Positions 9,422 through 20,400 of a stretch of 64,000 nt of DNA are shown here, in pieces (within the stretch, counting starts at the first letter, position 1; every line of letters begins with the position of its first letter). The notes beneath the pieces were generated by a model, which was not told the origin of the DNA, made no database searches, and saw only the letters and a program-made list of their open reading frames with translations. The stretch lies in the IMG/VR virus record IMGVR_UViG_3300020203_000420; one strand, 5' to 3'. The translations under genes and the position numbers were made by a program. The DNA is from an uncultured virus (IMG/VR IMGVR_UViG_3300020203_000420). Taxonomy: Duplodnaviria; Heunggongvirae; Uroviricota; Caudoviricetes.

Positions 9422-10776
9422 TGATTTATAAAAATAGCCATTTTGTTTTAGATACGTCTGCACTCTTATTTGACCCCTCAGTATTAACTTACTTTGAGGG
9501 CAACAGTGTATACATTCCAGTAAGTGTTCTAGAGGAACTAGACGGCCATAAAGACCGCTTAGATGAAGTAGGATCTAACGCTAGATCTGTTAATAGATCT
9601 TTATATGCCTTCAAAAAAGAGGGAGACTTACTTAAAGGGGTTAAGGATAGAGTCTCTAAAGTATCTATCTATGTTAAGCCAGAAAATCTAGATGATATTC
9701 CTGATTCCTTAAAAAAAGAAAGTAATGATAACAGAATACTAAGTGTTGCTTTAACTCTTAGAAAGAACGATCCTAAAATTAAAGTTTATTTAATTACTAA
9801 TGATTTTAATCTGGCCCTTAAAGCAGAAGCATATGGGGTTTCTAGTTTTTCTTTTGAACCTGAAACTAAATATGTAAAGACCGAGTATAAAGGGCACAGA
9901 GAGTTAGAAGAAGCTACTGACCTTTGTATAAATGAAGTATACAGTGCTGGATTTATTGATACACCTAAGAGATTAAAAGCTCAAGAAAATGAATACTTTC
10001 TTATTAAAAATCCAATAAGTAAAGCAAGTGTTTTTTGCGTCAATAAAGAAAACTTTTTACACCTTAGAAAGTTTCCTAAAGAGTATGAATGTTTTGGTAT
10101 TCAACCATTAAATAATGAACAAAAATTTGCTATAGATTTATTATTAGATCCTAAGATCAAATTAGTTACCTTAACTGGATTGGCTGGCAGTGGAAAGACC
10201 TTAATTTCAGTTGCAGCAGGATTAGCTCAGACTTTAGAGCATCCACAAGAGTATGATAGATTAGTTATAAGTAGATCCTTAGTCCTATTATCTGGAAAAG
10301 ATAAGTTAGGATTTTTAAAAGGGGGAGTACAAGAAAAGCTAGCGCCATATCTTTTGCCCTTGAAAGATGCCATTGATCAATTGATGCCAGATAGTGATGC
10401 ATTTGATTACCTTACTGCTACTAACTTTAATGATCCTGACAGTAATGGATCTTCTAGTAAGTCAAAACCTAAAATAGAAATAGAACCTCTCCAGTACATC
10501 AGAGGTAGAAGCTTGAGAGATGTCTATTTTATAATCGACGAAAGCCAAAATCTCACCTTAAACGAAGTAAAAACCATAGTTTCGAGAGCAGGTGAGGGTA
10601 CTAAAATAATCCTTCTTGGAGATCTTCATCAAATAGATAACCCTTACATCTCAAAGTCTACAAATGGTTTAGCTCAAGTTATTGAAAGATTCAAAGATTC
10701 AAAAATAGCTGGACACATCTCTTTAAGAGAGGGAGTAAGATCTGCCTTAGCTACGGAAGCGGCGGAGAAGCTGTAG
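9421..10776 (+). CDS. phoH: PIN-PhoH family ATPase (PhoH2/YlaK-like)
   Basis: PIN motifs DTSALL, EELD, ITND; Walker A GLAGSGKT; GFLKG, YIRGRS, IDESQN, GDLHQID. Confidence 0.93.
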   Translation: MIYKNSHFVLDTSALLFDPSVLTYFEGNSVYIPVSVLEELDGHKDRLDEVGSNARSVNRSLYAFKKEGDLLKGVKDRVSKVSIYVKPENLDDIPDSLKKESNDNRILSVALTLRKNDPKIKVYLITNDFNLALKAEAYGVSSFSFEPETKYVKTEYKGHRELEEATDLCINEVYSAGFIDTPKRLKAQENEYFLIKNPISKASVFCVNKENFLHLRKFPKEYECFGIQPLNNEQKFAIDLLLDPKIKLVTLTGLAGSGKTLISVAAGLAQTLEHPQEYDRLVISRSLVLLSGKDKLGFLKGGVQEKLAPYLLPLKDAIDQLMPDSDAFDYLTATNFNDPDSNGSSSKSKPKIEIEPLQYIRGRSLRDVYFIIDESQNLTLNEVKTIVSRAGEGTKIILLGDLHQIDNPYISKSTNGLAQVIERFKDSKIAGHISLREGVRSALATEAAEKL

Positions 10777-10813
10777 AGGTTCTCTGCACTTCTAGGAAAA
10801 CATCTATAGCTAT

Positions 10814-10842
10814 TTGACAACATTCATCCAGTGTATTAATAT
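10814..10842 (+). promoter_or_regulatory. Sigma70-type promoter, predicted leaderless
   Basis: TTGACA-17nt-TAATAT-6nt-ATG(10849). Confidence 0.75.
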
Positions 10843-10848
10843 GGTTCT

Positions 10849-11208
10849 ATGCCAATAAGTCATGAAAAAGTAAACATACTGGCTGGTGGATTTTATTGCC
10901 AATTTAAAGATGGTTCAGTTATAACTGAAGAAGAGATGCCTTGGATCGAAGTACCTAACAAAAAAGACATCGTAGTTATGGGCTTAAAAAGGCACTTCAA
11001 ACACTATGAGCTTCAGAATAAAGTATTTGGTCCCCCAGGGGAGACCCACATGAGGGAGCTAGCCCTGGCATCTGGAGAGGGGGAAGTTCAAACTAAACAG
11101 ACCCTAGTAGGGTGGTTTTTAAGCTACTATGAAAACAATCATAAAGTATTTTTTAGGGTAGATGCCATTACTGGTAAATTTTGGGAAGATAAAGTGCTTT
11201 TAAGTTAA
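10849..11208 (+). CDS. Hypothetical protein
   Basis: 119-aa ORF with its own promoter. Confidence 0.65.
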   Translation: MPISHEKVNILAGGFYCQFKDGSVITEEEMPWIEVPNKKDIVVMGLKRHFKHYELQNKVFGPPGETHMRELALASGEGEVQTKQTLVGWFLSYYENNHKVFFRVDAITGKFWEDKVLLS

Positions 11209-11209
11209 A

Positions 11210-11269
11210 TTGTATCAAAATGCTAACCTCTGATATACTATGTCATAGTATAAGCTATTAAAGAGGTTA
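11210..11269 (+). promoter_or_regulatory. Promoter with overlapping palindrome and RBS-sequestering inverted repeat
   Basis: TTGTAT-18nt-TATACT; TATACTATG-T-CATAGTATA at 11234-11252; TAACCTCT(11224-31)/AGAGGTTA(11262-69) covering the SD-like AGAGG. Confidence 0.65.
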
Positions 11270-11276
11270 AGTACTA

Positions 11277-11483
11277 ATGTCAAATGAACCAGTTAATTCC
11301 AATCCAGAATCTCTAGAATATATAACAGTAGCCGAAGCCGCCTCCATCATTAAAGTATCTTCTTTTACTATTAAAAGATACATTAAATCTAATAAGTTAA
11401 TAGCTAAAAGAACTCCTGGAGGCCATTGGAGACTTTTAAAATCTTCCTGTTATGACTGTTTAACAGGAGGAGGTTCAGAATAA
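11277..11483 (+). CDS. Excisionase-like (HTH_17/MerR-type) DNA-binding protein
   Basis: YITVAEAASIIKVS..TIKRYI...L.AKRTPGGHWR signature. Confidence 0.85.
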   Translation: MSNEPVNSNPESLEYITVAEAASIIKVSSFTIKRYIKSNKLIAKRTPGGHWRLLKSSCYDCLTGGGSE

Positions 11484-14400
11484 GTGAGTGCATTTGACGA
11501 TACTACAGAACTACTCTGTAGTGGTATCATCAGCTTTCCAGGGGACAATGGAAAAACGTTTAGGGGATGGGTCACCTTACCCTGTGGATCTTTCACAGAC
11601 GTTAGAACCCCCGATAGTGAATTTCAGTTACCATTTAAACATCAAATCTATAGAGAACGAGCAAGACTAAATACATGCTGTTACTGGTCAGATACTGAAG
11701 TATCAGAAAATGATTTAAAACAGGATCAGTTCAACAGACAGGATAGGACTCAACCGGAAATATTTGAGTTTATACATATAACTACTCCAACTGGAGTTTT
11801 ACCAAATATAGACGTTGATAAAATATTAGAAAATGGATCTTTAGAGAAAATAAACATACCTAATCCTGACTTAGAGCAGGTAGGTGGTTGGGCACATGAA
11901 GCCGTTCCTAGTTTTGTTGTAGCGCCCAGAGAGTATGATACTCTTTTAATTAACGGAGCTACGTCAGTCCCAACTAAGTGCCAGAAGTCTCAGGCAGGAC
12001 AATGGAATCAAGGTAAAGATGGTTCCCCACCCTGTAACGGGGCCAAAACAGAGTGCCCTTTTTACACCGGCCCTAAGTTTATTTACATTCAAGATGAACA
12101 CATGGCTCCTGGACAACCAGTTAAAGGTCAAATGGTTCAAGAACTTCGTCAGTATATAAAAGATTGGACTCTACTCTCAGACTCGCAGGACGCTTGGGAA
12201 AAATCATTCGAAGAGCCTCATATATGGGGCTGGGACAAAGAGGATCAACCTTTAGTTAGAGGTAGTGATGGCGCTGAAACTAACATACAAGATATTCCAG
12301 TTTACATGATCTTAAGTAAAGTATACTGGGATGCAAAGAAAGAAAAAGCATTTATAAAAAAAGCCCCTAGCCAAGAAACAGGAACAGAGTCAGAAGGAGG
12401 AGACAATAATACTACAGACGAGGATAGAAGAGATGCGCCTAAATTTCCAACTTTAATCCCTAATTTAGGTTTTTCAATAAAAGCCCCTATAGAGGTGAGA
12501 TTTCCTAGAGTCGAAAAAAGTTCTTACGATCCATCTTTCAGTATCCCTTTCATTTTTGAAATATTTGAAAAAGACCATAATAAGCTTTATATAGCAGGTA
12601 GTTCTCTACCAGTGTCTAATATCTATGTAATAAATAGAGAATTTTTCCCTACCTTTCCAGATTTAAGAACTATAACTGATATAGATTCTGCTACATCTGC
12701 TACAATAGATTCCATAATTACGGATATAATTACTGAATCTAACACTACGGGTAGCGTTAAGGGGTACAGGTACGTTACTTCTACCGCTCAAAGATTTTGG
12801 GAAGTATCAGGAGGTTTAGACCTTAAAGCTAACAAAGAGAATTTAATATTTTGTCTAGTTAAAAATGGGGATGAATGGTCCTCTGACTATATAACTGTTA
12901 ATTGCATACTTCACCATGTAGATATAATTCAAAGTCTTTTTGAGTCTACTCTCTCTGCCCCAGCCACGGAGTCTTTGATAACCAGACTTGCAAACATTAA
13001 ACCCCTAGGTAATAACATATCTTTTGACATTATAAACTTTCTAGGAAGTGTTAGCATAGACAGCTCCTATCATTTCTACTTGTTAGATAGAGCCCTTACT
13101 AGATTCATAAGAGATTCAGATACACCTAGAGATAGCAGGTTTTGGAAAGTAATAAAAGAGGAAAAAACCGTAGTAGGTACTGGAGGAGATGGCGGAGACC
13201 TTAGGTGGTTCAAACTGGACAACTGCAATAGATATGCCGTAGAGATTAAAGATCCTTTGTTGTCAAGTGCAGTCCCTATGGGACTAGACAGATCCTGGCA
13301 ACCTACTAAAATTCAGTTCAACTTGAATCAAGAGCCTGGAACCAGTTCCCACGGACCACAGCAAAGTACTAGAGTACTAATGAAGGTAGTAGATGGGTTT
13401 GGATTTTTAGGGAGAAGTTACACAGGGTCCCCTATACCAATTAATTACATGGTAGTTGAGCCAGAAGACAATATTGATCTCAGAGTTCCCGCAAAAGAAT
13501 CAGTCTTAGTAGTCAATCTGGAGATCTATAAGGCGGTAGACTCCAAGGATGACGGGGAAGACGTATTAAACGATTTGCTAGCCCTCTACTCAGATCAAAA
13601 CTCTTACTCCTCGGGTGGAGTAACCTTATCTCGTCCAGATGAAGACGATGACTTACATACATCCCCACATCTAATAACTTTTGAAGATGAAAAAATGACA
13701 GTCTCTAACTGTCAAAAATTTGATTTAAGTTATGTCATAGAATTTAAGTCTAATATAACGGGAAGAGTTATCGGGAGAAAGTGGATAGTAGGAGTTGCTG
13801 AGATTTCTAACTCCTGGGCAAGAGATGTAGACATCCTATACTCTTGGCTTTCAACTCAGTCTTTTAATAAAGTAATTCCTGATTACTATAAAAGCATTGT
13901 ATATACTAATGATGGAAGTGAACCGCTAGCAGACGCATTACCTCAGAAATTTTATCAAACTAATTTAGATGATACGTACACCGTATACAGACCTATGTGT
14001 GGAGATCATGATGTATCCTTCGGTAAACCAGGTCCAATGTTTGCACCTTATGAGGATTGTGATTACTCTTATACAAACATAACTGAACTTGGATTAATAA
14101 TCACTCATAGAGTAGATTATGCAGCACCGCTTGACGAGAAGTATAGAGGCCCAGATTTACAACGACCAACAGTCTATAAGCACAATGTCTTTGGTACACT
14201 TTTTCCAAACTGTTTCTTTGAGTACTCAATGGGGACTTATTCCCGTGGGGCGGCTAAGTGGAATGGAGTAGCAAAACTAAGAGGACCTATAAGCCTAAAT
14301 GGTAACCCTTTAAAATGGCTTAGGTATACATCTCTAGGATTTAATTTTCCCGTATTTGGTAACATAGGAAGAGAACACGTAAGAATTTTTAAAACAATGC

Positions 14401-16985
14401 ATTTTAGAGAGTATATATATCAGACCCCAGGATCTAGACCAAGTACGGGTCTAGGTTGGATGCCATCTTTCCCTCACATAAGTGCTGAGTCCTTGTTTAC
14501 AAGCAATAAGCCAAGAACTACGATAGATCAAGAGGTTAGAGATTTACTAGATAACACCCCTATTGATATAGAAGATTTTAGTGATCTTAACTTTTTATTA
14601 CAAAGAGCTACAGAAACATCAGTACCATCATTTTTAGGAGACCCTCTCTCAGAGTCTTTTGCATTTGAGAGGAAAAAGTTTGATGAAGTTTATAAAGTTA
14701 AAAAAATTAGAGATAAAAACGGAAGAGGAACTCAATGGCCTCCTCAGGGGTTTTACTTTAACTTCCGATCCGATAAAGTAGTTTGGGCCTATCCAGAACC
14801 AAAGACAAAAGTGGGTAGAGATTTATCTCTACTTACCTCTGATATTTTAAGTCTCAGTCCCTTAGTAAGGGGAATAGTAGTAACCAAGCCAAAAGATACC
14901 GAAGAATTTACAGATAAGTTTAAAAGAATAGTTAATGAAGAGTTTTTAGAGGGTAAATATGATTTAAAAATAAAAGATATCACTTTAGATTCTATAGGAG
15001 ATATAGTGGAAGAGGCTTATGTTACATCAGACGGTGTTCATAAGGTTTACTTTAATAGATTTACAGGAGAATTACTTACTAAAGCTTATCCAACCAAACC
15101 ACAAAATGAATTGTATACAGTATCTGGTATTTCAAATTTGAATACTTACTTCCAAACACTAAGTCAGGTTCCAGTGATTGAACCCTATTTTGAGTATATA
15201 AATCAGACGGAAGAGAACAATGCACCTACTATTATATCAGAGATAGATGATTTTGATAACTTTGGTAATTTATATTTAAGTACAGATAAAGTATATATCT
15301 ACTCAAAAGAAGGCTTAGATGGACCACTAGATGATGTAGACTCTCTGTGGAACTGTTTTATACCGTCTTTAAATGTAGAACAGATCTCACCCAAGTATTT
15401 ACCAAAAAAACAATTAAACTTTTCTATAGAAGCAGGCGACTTTACGGGAATTAATCCTAGGATTAAGTTTAGTTCTTATCCTACCACAGACCCTGTAGAA
15501 AGGCAGGGTCTATCAAATACTTTTTTAGAAGAAGGGGGTCTGTATGTTACTTTTTTTGCGGATAGTACGGATGAAATGCCTTTTGAATGGAAGCCTTACT
15601 CGGATGCAGATCTAACCGTAACGGGTAACCCAAATCCAGATCCAAGGGAGGGATTTGTCGGTCCAGTAACAATAACCTGTGAATTTAAAAATAAAGTAGA
15701 ATTATCTCACTTAGAGATGTCTTACGAAATTTATGGATTAACCGACAATAACCCTGCCCCAGGCCCCCTCCCAATAGCTACTCCAATAAAAAAAGATCCT
15801 TCATTTAAGATAGAGCTTCAAGACTCGAACTCTAATAATATAATATTGGTAGATAAGCCAGAACAGGTTCAAGTTAAATATAAAAAAACCACATTAAAAA
15901 GAGATTATAAGTTCTCCTTTAAGGAGGCATCTTTTACATCTTCTATAGCCCCCTCTTCTCCTATAGTCCCCTTTAATACTAAAAGAATCATTATTACCAT
16001 TGGAGCCAGAGAAAATAATAATGGATTAAAATTATCTAATTGTTTTGTAAAAGCACTTAAGTTGAATGATGGCTTGACTGAATCTATAATAATAGTAGAG
16101 GCTAAGCATCAAATCACGGTAGGTCATTCAGAAGATATACCTACTAATAGGTATTGGGCACAAGACCCTAGCAGATTAACTGGGATCGTTGGTGCAATAG
16201 ACCAGGAGGACTTACTGGAACAAGCAGGAATTACAGAGTTCTGGAGACCCTTTAATTTCGACAAGAATGATACTGTAACGGTAGGTAAACTAAGAAGACA
16301 CTACGCAGGTAAGTACTTAACCTGGGATACAGACTCCTCAAACGATGATACCAAATTCCTAGACGGGGACGTTAAACAATCCGAAGGTAGACAGGCAGCC
16401 TTGATAAATGAGAGTTTAATCAGGAAAGCTACAGAGACTTTTAAAGAAGTATCTAACTATCAATCTAAGTATTTTATTAATCCCTTTGACAGTTATAATT
16501 TAAGTCAGATAGACCCTAATAGTTCATTGTTAAGTCTTAATAGTTCATTGTTAAGTCTTAAAGCCAATCACGTTATCGAATATAAGCATAATGGTTTTAG
16601 TGCCGATTCTGTAGTTGCCATTTCTATAGGCACTCAATCTCCTGGATGGCAAGATGAGGGCTTTTCTGCCTGCATCAACCCTAAGACTCACGTTACTGGC
16701 TGTATTGGTCCAGGAGGTAGGGGAGCGGTGTCTTATGAGGATGACCAGGGGACTTGTAGGGGAACTCAAGGTCCTGGTACTTTTGGACTAACTAGTAGCC
16801 TATTAGACCTTCCTGGCATAGATCGTCCAGGTGCTTTATTGGGAACAGACCCAGGAGCAGTGCTACTACAGCAGGCTCTAGACCCAAACAGCATTAGTGA
16901 AGCAGCCCTACGAAATGCCCAAAAAGAAAGTATAAGGTCTAGAACAGACGAATACAAACAGAGAAATAAGAGGTATAATAGTTAG
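11484..16985 (+). CDS. Very large putative virion structural protein (1833 aa)
   Basis: Long ORF with GTG start abutting the HTH gene; Cys-rich N-terminus; first of a run of giant beta-rich ORFs. Confidence 0.55.
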   Translation: MSAFDDTTELLCSGIISFPGDNGKTFRGWVTLPCGSFTDVRTPDSEFQLPFKHQIYRERARLNTCCYWSDTEVSENDLKQDQFNRQDRTQPEIFEFIHITTPTGVLPNIDVDKILENGSLEKINIPNPDLEQVGGWAHEAVPSFVVAPREYDTLLINGATSVPTKCQKSQAGQWNQGKDGSPPCNGAKTECPFYTGPKFIYIQDEHMAPGQPVKGQMVQELRQYIKDWTLLSDSQDAWEKSFEEPHIWGWDKEDQPLVRGSDGAETNIQDIPVYMILSKVYWDAKKEKAFIKKAPSQETGTESEGGDNNTTDEDRRDAPKFPTLIPNLGFSIKAPIEVRFPRVEKSSYDPSFSIPFIFEIFEKDHNKLYIAGSSLPVSNIYVINREFFPTFPDLRTITDIDSATSATIDSIITDIITESNTTGSVKGYRYVTSTAQRFWEVSGGLDLKANKENLIFCLVKNGDEWSSDYITVNCILHHVDIIQSLFESTLSAPATESLITRLANIKPLGNNISFDIINFLGSVSIDSSYHFYLLDRALTRFIRDSDTPRDSRFWKVIKEEKTVVGTGGDGGDLRWFKLDNCNRYAVEIKDPLLSSAVPMGLDRSWQPTKIQFNLNQEPGTSSHGPQQSTRVLMKVVDGFGFLGRSYTGSPIPINYMVVEPEDNIDLRVPAKESVLVVNLEIYKAVDSKDDGEDVLNDLLALYSDQNSYSSGGVTLSRPDEDDDLHTSPHLITFEDEKMTVSNCQKFDLSYVIEFKSNITGRVIGRKWIVGVAEISNSWARDVDILYSWLSTQSFNKVIPDYYKSIVYTNDGSEPLADALPQKFYQTNLDDTYTVYRPMCGDHDVSFGKPGPMFAPYEDCDYSYTNITELGLIITHRVDYAAPLDEKYRGPDLQRPTVYKHNVFGTLFPNCFFEYSMGTYSRGAAKWNGVAKLRGPISLNGNPLKWLRYTSLGFNFPVFGNIGREHVRIFKTMHFREYIYQTPGSRPSTGLGWMPSFPHISAESLFTSNKPRTTIDQEVRDLLDNTPIDIEDFSDLNFLLQRATETSVPSFLGDPLSESFAFERKKFDEVYKVKKIRDKNGRGTQWPPQGFYFNFRSDKVVWAYPEPKTKVGRDLSLLTSDILSLSPLVRGIVVTKPKDTEEFTDKFKRIVNEEFLEGKYDLKIKDITLDSIGDIVEEAYVTSDGVHKVYFNRFTGELLTKAYPTKPQNELYTVSGISNLNTYFQTLSQVPVIEPYFEYINQTEENNAPTIISEIDDFDNFGNLYLSTDKVYIYSKEGLDGPLDDVDSLWNCFIPSLNVEQISPKYLPKKQLNFSIEAGDFTGINPRIKFSSYPTTDPVERQGLSNTFLEEGGLYVTFFADSTDEMPFEWKPYSDADLTVTGNPNPDPREGFVGPVTITCEFKNKVELSHLEMSYEIYGLTDNNPAPGPLPIATPIKKDPSFKIELQDSNSNNIILVDKPEQVQVKYKKTTLKRDYKFSFKEASFTSSIAPSSPIVPFNTKRIIITIGARENNNGLKLSNCFVKALKLNDGLTESIIIVEAKHQITVGHSEDIPTNRYWAQDPSRLTGIVGAIDQEDLLEQAGITEFWRPFNFDKNDTVTVGKLRRHYAGKYLTWDTDSSNDDTKFLDGDVKQSEGRQAALINESLIRKATETFKEVSNYQSKYFINPFDSYNLSQIDPNSSLLSLNSSLLSLKANHVIEYKHNGFSADSVVAISIGTQSPGWQDEGFSACINPKTHVTGCIGPGGRGAVSYEDDQGTCRGTQGPGTFGLTSSLLDLPGIDRPGALLGTDPGAVLLQQALDPNSISEAALRNAQKESIRSRTDEYKQRNKRYNS
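16517..16558 (+). repeat. Exact 21-bp in-frame tandem duplication
   Basis: taatagttcattgttaagtct x2, encoding NSSLLSL x2. Confidence 0.95.
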
Positions 16986-16986
16986 T

Positions 16987-17403
16987 ATGTTTATATTTGA
17001 TTTTTGCACTTGCCCTAAATGTAATGGAAAAAGCTGTTTTAGTGCTGATGCAGAGCTTACCTTAAGTGAGTTTGAAAAATACTACGAGGAGGGAGGACTA
17101 CTGGTTTTATCTCCAGATGTTCCTCCAAAGTTTCCAGATTATATAATGTTTACTTGTAACAAGTGTGGGCATATAGAAAAATTTACTGACCAGCAGGCGA
17201 TAAGTTACGTAAGAACCTCCCTAGCTAAAGTAGCCTGGGCTACTTGGCAGAAGCAAGTGTCCGTGGCAAAAGAGTTTGATGGGCACCTGACTAGATATAT
17301 ATATGAAAATGGATTAGGAAAGTTTGTAACAGAGAAAGAGTTGTTAGAAAATCCAATATTAAAAGAATACATGAGGTTAGTGAAGAGAAATGATAAATCG
17401 TAA
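16987..17403 (+). CDS. Zinc-ribbon protein
   Basis: CPKC and CNKC pairs. Confidence 0.6.
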   Translation: MFIFDFCTCPKCNGKSCFSADAELTLSEFEKYYEEGGLLVLSPDVPPKFPDYIMFTCNKCGHIEKFTDQQAISYVRTSLAKVAWATWQKQVSVAKEFDGHLTRYIYENGLGKFVTEKELLENPILKEYMRLVKRNDKS

Positions 17404-20400
17404 TATCTTAAAAGATGCTACTATTAGGAACGCTAAAGCTTGTGTAGAGTCCCAAGGTTCTGGGTTTTTATCTTACTTCTCAGATGAAAGAGACCTTAAG
17501 GGGTGGGACTTTGTTGAAAACGTAAGTTTGTATGGAGTATCAGGAGGAATTTATTTCCTATCGGCAAATGCAAGTTCTCCATCACTGTCTAGGTCTTTTG
17601 GTTTTGCCAACCTAGATGCAAGTCTATATACAGAACTAGTTATACGGTATAAGTATAAAAAAAATAGAACAGACTCAATTGCAACTTTAGGTAAAATACA
17701 GTTTAAAAATCCATCAGATATATCTTTTACAGACAGTAAGTCTATAACTTTTGATGTAATACCTGATGATAAGTGGCATACTTATTATATAGATGTGGGT
17801 CCAGTATCTTCTTGGGTAGGTTTGATTAACAATGTTAAGATATTTTTTACAACTAATGGTCAACCTAATGATGAAATATTTTTAAGTTATGTAAAAATAC
17901 AACAACCTCAGTTTAAATTCTGCTCTGATAGTTGTTATACTGATTCAAGTATTACTAAAGTATCTGATAACTTTGATTCTCAAAGTATAGGATCTCCACC
18001 ACAACAATATGCTATATCCAATACTTCAACTACTAAAACTGTTACAATTAAATCAGATCCCTATAGTAGTAGCAACCTAGTATTAAGTTTAAATAAATCA
18101 ACAGTAGGTAGTATCGGACCAACGGCATCTAAGCAACTTGATCCTACCTTAAAAGGATTTGTTAGTTTTAGGTTTTTATGTACTGCTTATGGATCTGAGG
18201 TTGTATTAAAGAAGGACTTAATAGGTAATATATCTGCCCTCAGGTTAATTATATCTTCTCCAGGAGAGATACAATATCAATCTGGATTACTTTTGCAAGA
18301 CTTACAGGTCCCAAAAACTATCAGCTTAAATACCTGGTATAATGTTTTAATAGCCATAGATGCTGGAAATGGAATAGCCAGTCTATCCATAAATGGAGAC
18401 TTATTAGATAATAATATTCCTTTATTAAATTTAGGTTTGTTTAATGGTATTGTTTTTGACGTACCAACTACTACAATTACTGAGCTTTTAATTGATGACT
18501 TAGTTATTTTAGAAGCTTTAGAGAACCAAGACTGTAGTGGTTTAGGTAAACAAGGTTTTGTAAAAGGACTTCCGTTATTGTGGACCACCCTAAACGTAAT
18601 TAAAGATGTCAACGATAGCTTGTATGTAAATATAAATGACTTTGGGTCTGTGGAGGTTAGATTACCTCCAGGAAATTACAACAGAGAAGAGTTTAGAAGA
18701 GCTTTAGAGAATAAAATTTCAGACATAGATGTTGGTGGGTATTTAGACTGTGAAGTTATTCTGACAACTAACAATGAGTTTGAGATTAGATCTGGAACGT
18801 ATGGATTTGATAGTAAAATAACTGTCTCCCCAACTGTTGGAAATCTATTTAATGAATTAGGGCTTTCTACTGTAGACTCTAGTCTCGGTAGGCCTCACTT
18901 GGCTGGCTTTAAATTCCTCAACACGTCTAGGGCAAGCACTTCCGTGTTAAATAATGTCGTAGAAGACTCTCCTGGATCTTTAAGGATTGTACAGACCCCA
19001 ACAGACTCTAGTGTTTCTATAGGGTCCAAGCTAAGCCCAAAGGCTGGAAGAAAAAACTCAATAGTTGGAAAAGGAAAAACTATAATAGACTACCAGTATA
19101 GAGCTTCCTCAAACGGCACTATAAACCAGATAATCTTTCAGGGAATTTTACCCCAAAAGCCCGCAGTAAAGGTTACAGGGCCTTCTGGACAGATAGCCTC
19201 TAATATTTTTAATACGGGTATAACTGACTTACAAGATTTAGGTGTTACCACGGGTGACCTTATTATAATTAACTCTTCTGGGTATTCTGGAAACGGCAGT
19301 TATGAGATTGAGGCTTATGGAGACGACCTGAGGGGAGGATCTCTTAAAATAAAGTCTGGTTCTCTTTTAGCGGCGGGAAAAAATCTTACCTTCACCATAC
19401 AAAGCATAGCTAAGGTTAAACAATTTCGACCTACTTTAAATGGAACAATAAGGCTAATAAATGAAACATCTATTGGACAAGTAGATAACTCTTTATATAC
19501 TAGAACTGCTGATAGCCATAGAGTCATAGTTTCCTGGGATCTACAGAGAGGAGACTTTATAGGAATCTACAACTCTACCAGGTTATTCTTAGGTAATGAT
19601 CCTAACGGAAACCCAGACGCAGTGTATTTAGAATATGAAGGAGATCTAATAGAAGAAACTTCTATTAAGAACATTAAGGGTCAGGGCGTTAAAGGAATAG
19701 GTCTTTATGGGTACTCAACTGAAAAACAAAAGCTCGCAATCTATGATATAGAGTTTCCTCTTTCTTACAACATCGAGCACTTAGATATAGAGGGATCTAT
19801 AGTTACAGAGGATATAGAATACAACCTACTAGCGGGGATAAACCAAGGTGCCAGTGCCGCGGTAACCATTAGCGGAACTCACACACATGTAACTGAAAAT
19901 AATATTAATGGACTAATTAATGAGTTTACAAAAACTAATACCGCATTTAACGTCTCGTCTTTAACAGATGGAACTCAACTAGCTACTAACGGATTTCTAG
20001 GATCTTTTCGTACCAATAACTCTCAAGCATCTTATTTTTATATTGATGGAGATACGGAGTTTGGACCATACGTAGATTCTGAAGGTAATTCTGTTGCAAG
20101 TCTAGAATATCCCCTACCAGGCCCTAATACTTATTTATTTACTAAAGACTTTGTATCTGATAGTTTTGACATAACATTTTCTTGGAATGCTAAAAAAGAA
20201 ATTTATAAACTAAAAACTTTCTTTAAAGAGTATCCTAACTTTGACGGATTTCTAGTAGAGTACCTCTCCCTTACTGGAGAAGACGTAGACGGAACACGGC
20301 CTAACTTCTCCATCATCGGGGCAGGAGGCGCTACAGAGTATGAGAAAGTAAAATTAGATAATTTAGTTCTTAATAAAACAGCATTGCCTCCAGAAGACTA

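Noticed and set aside
11277..11483. Excisionase as evidence of a prophage boundary
   Set aside because: No integrase or att-like repeat seen; the gene is coupled to structural genes and fits a regulator better
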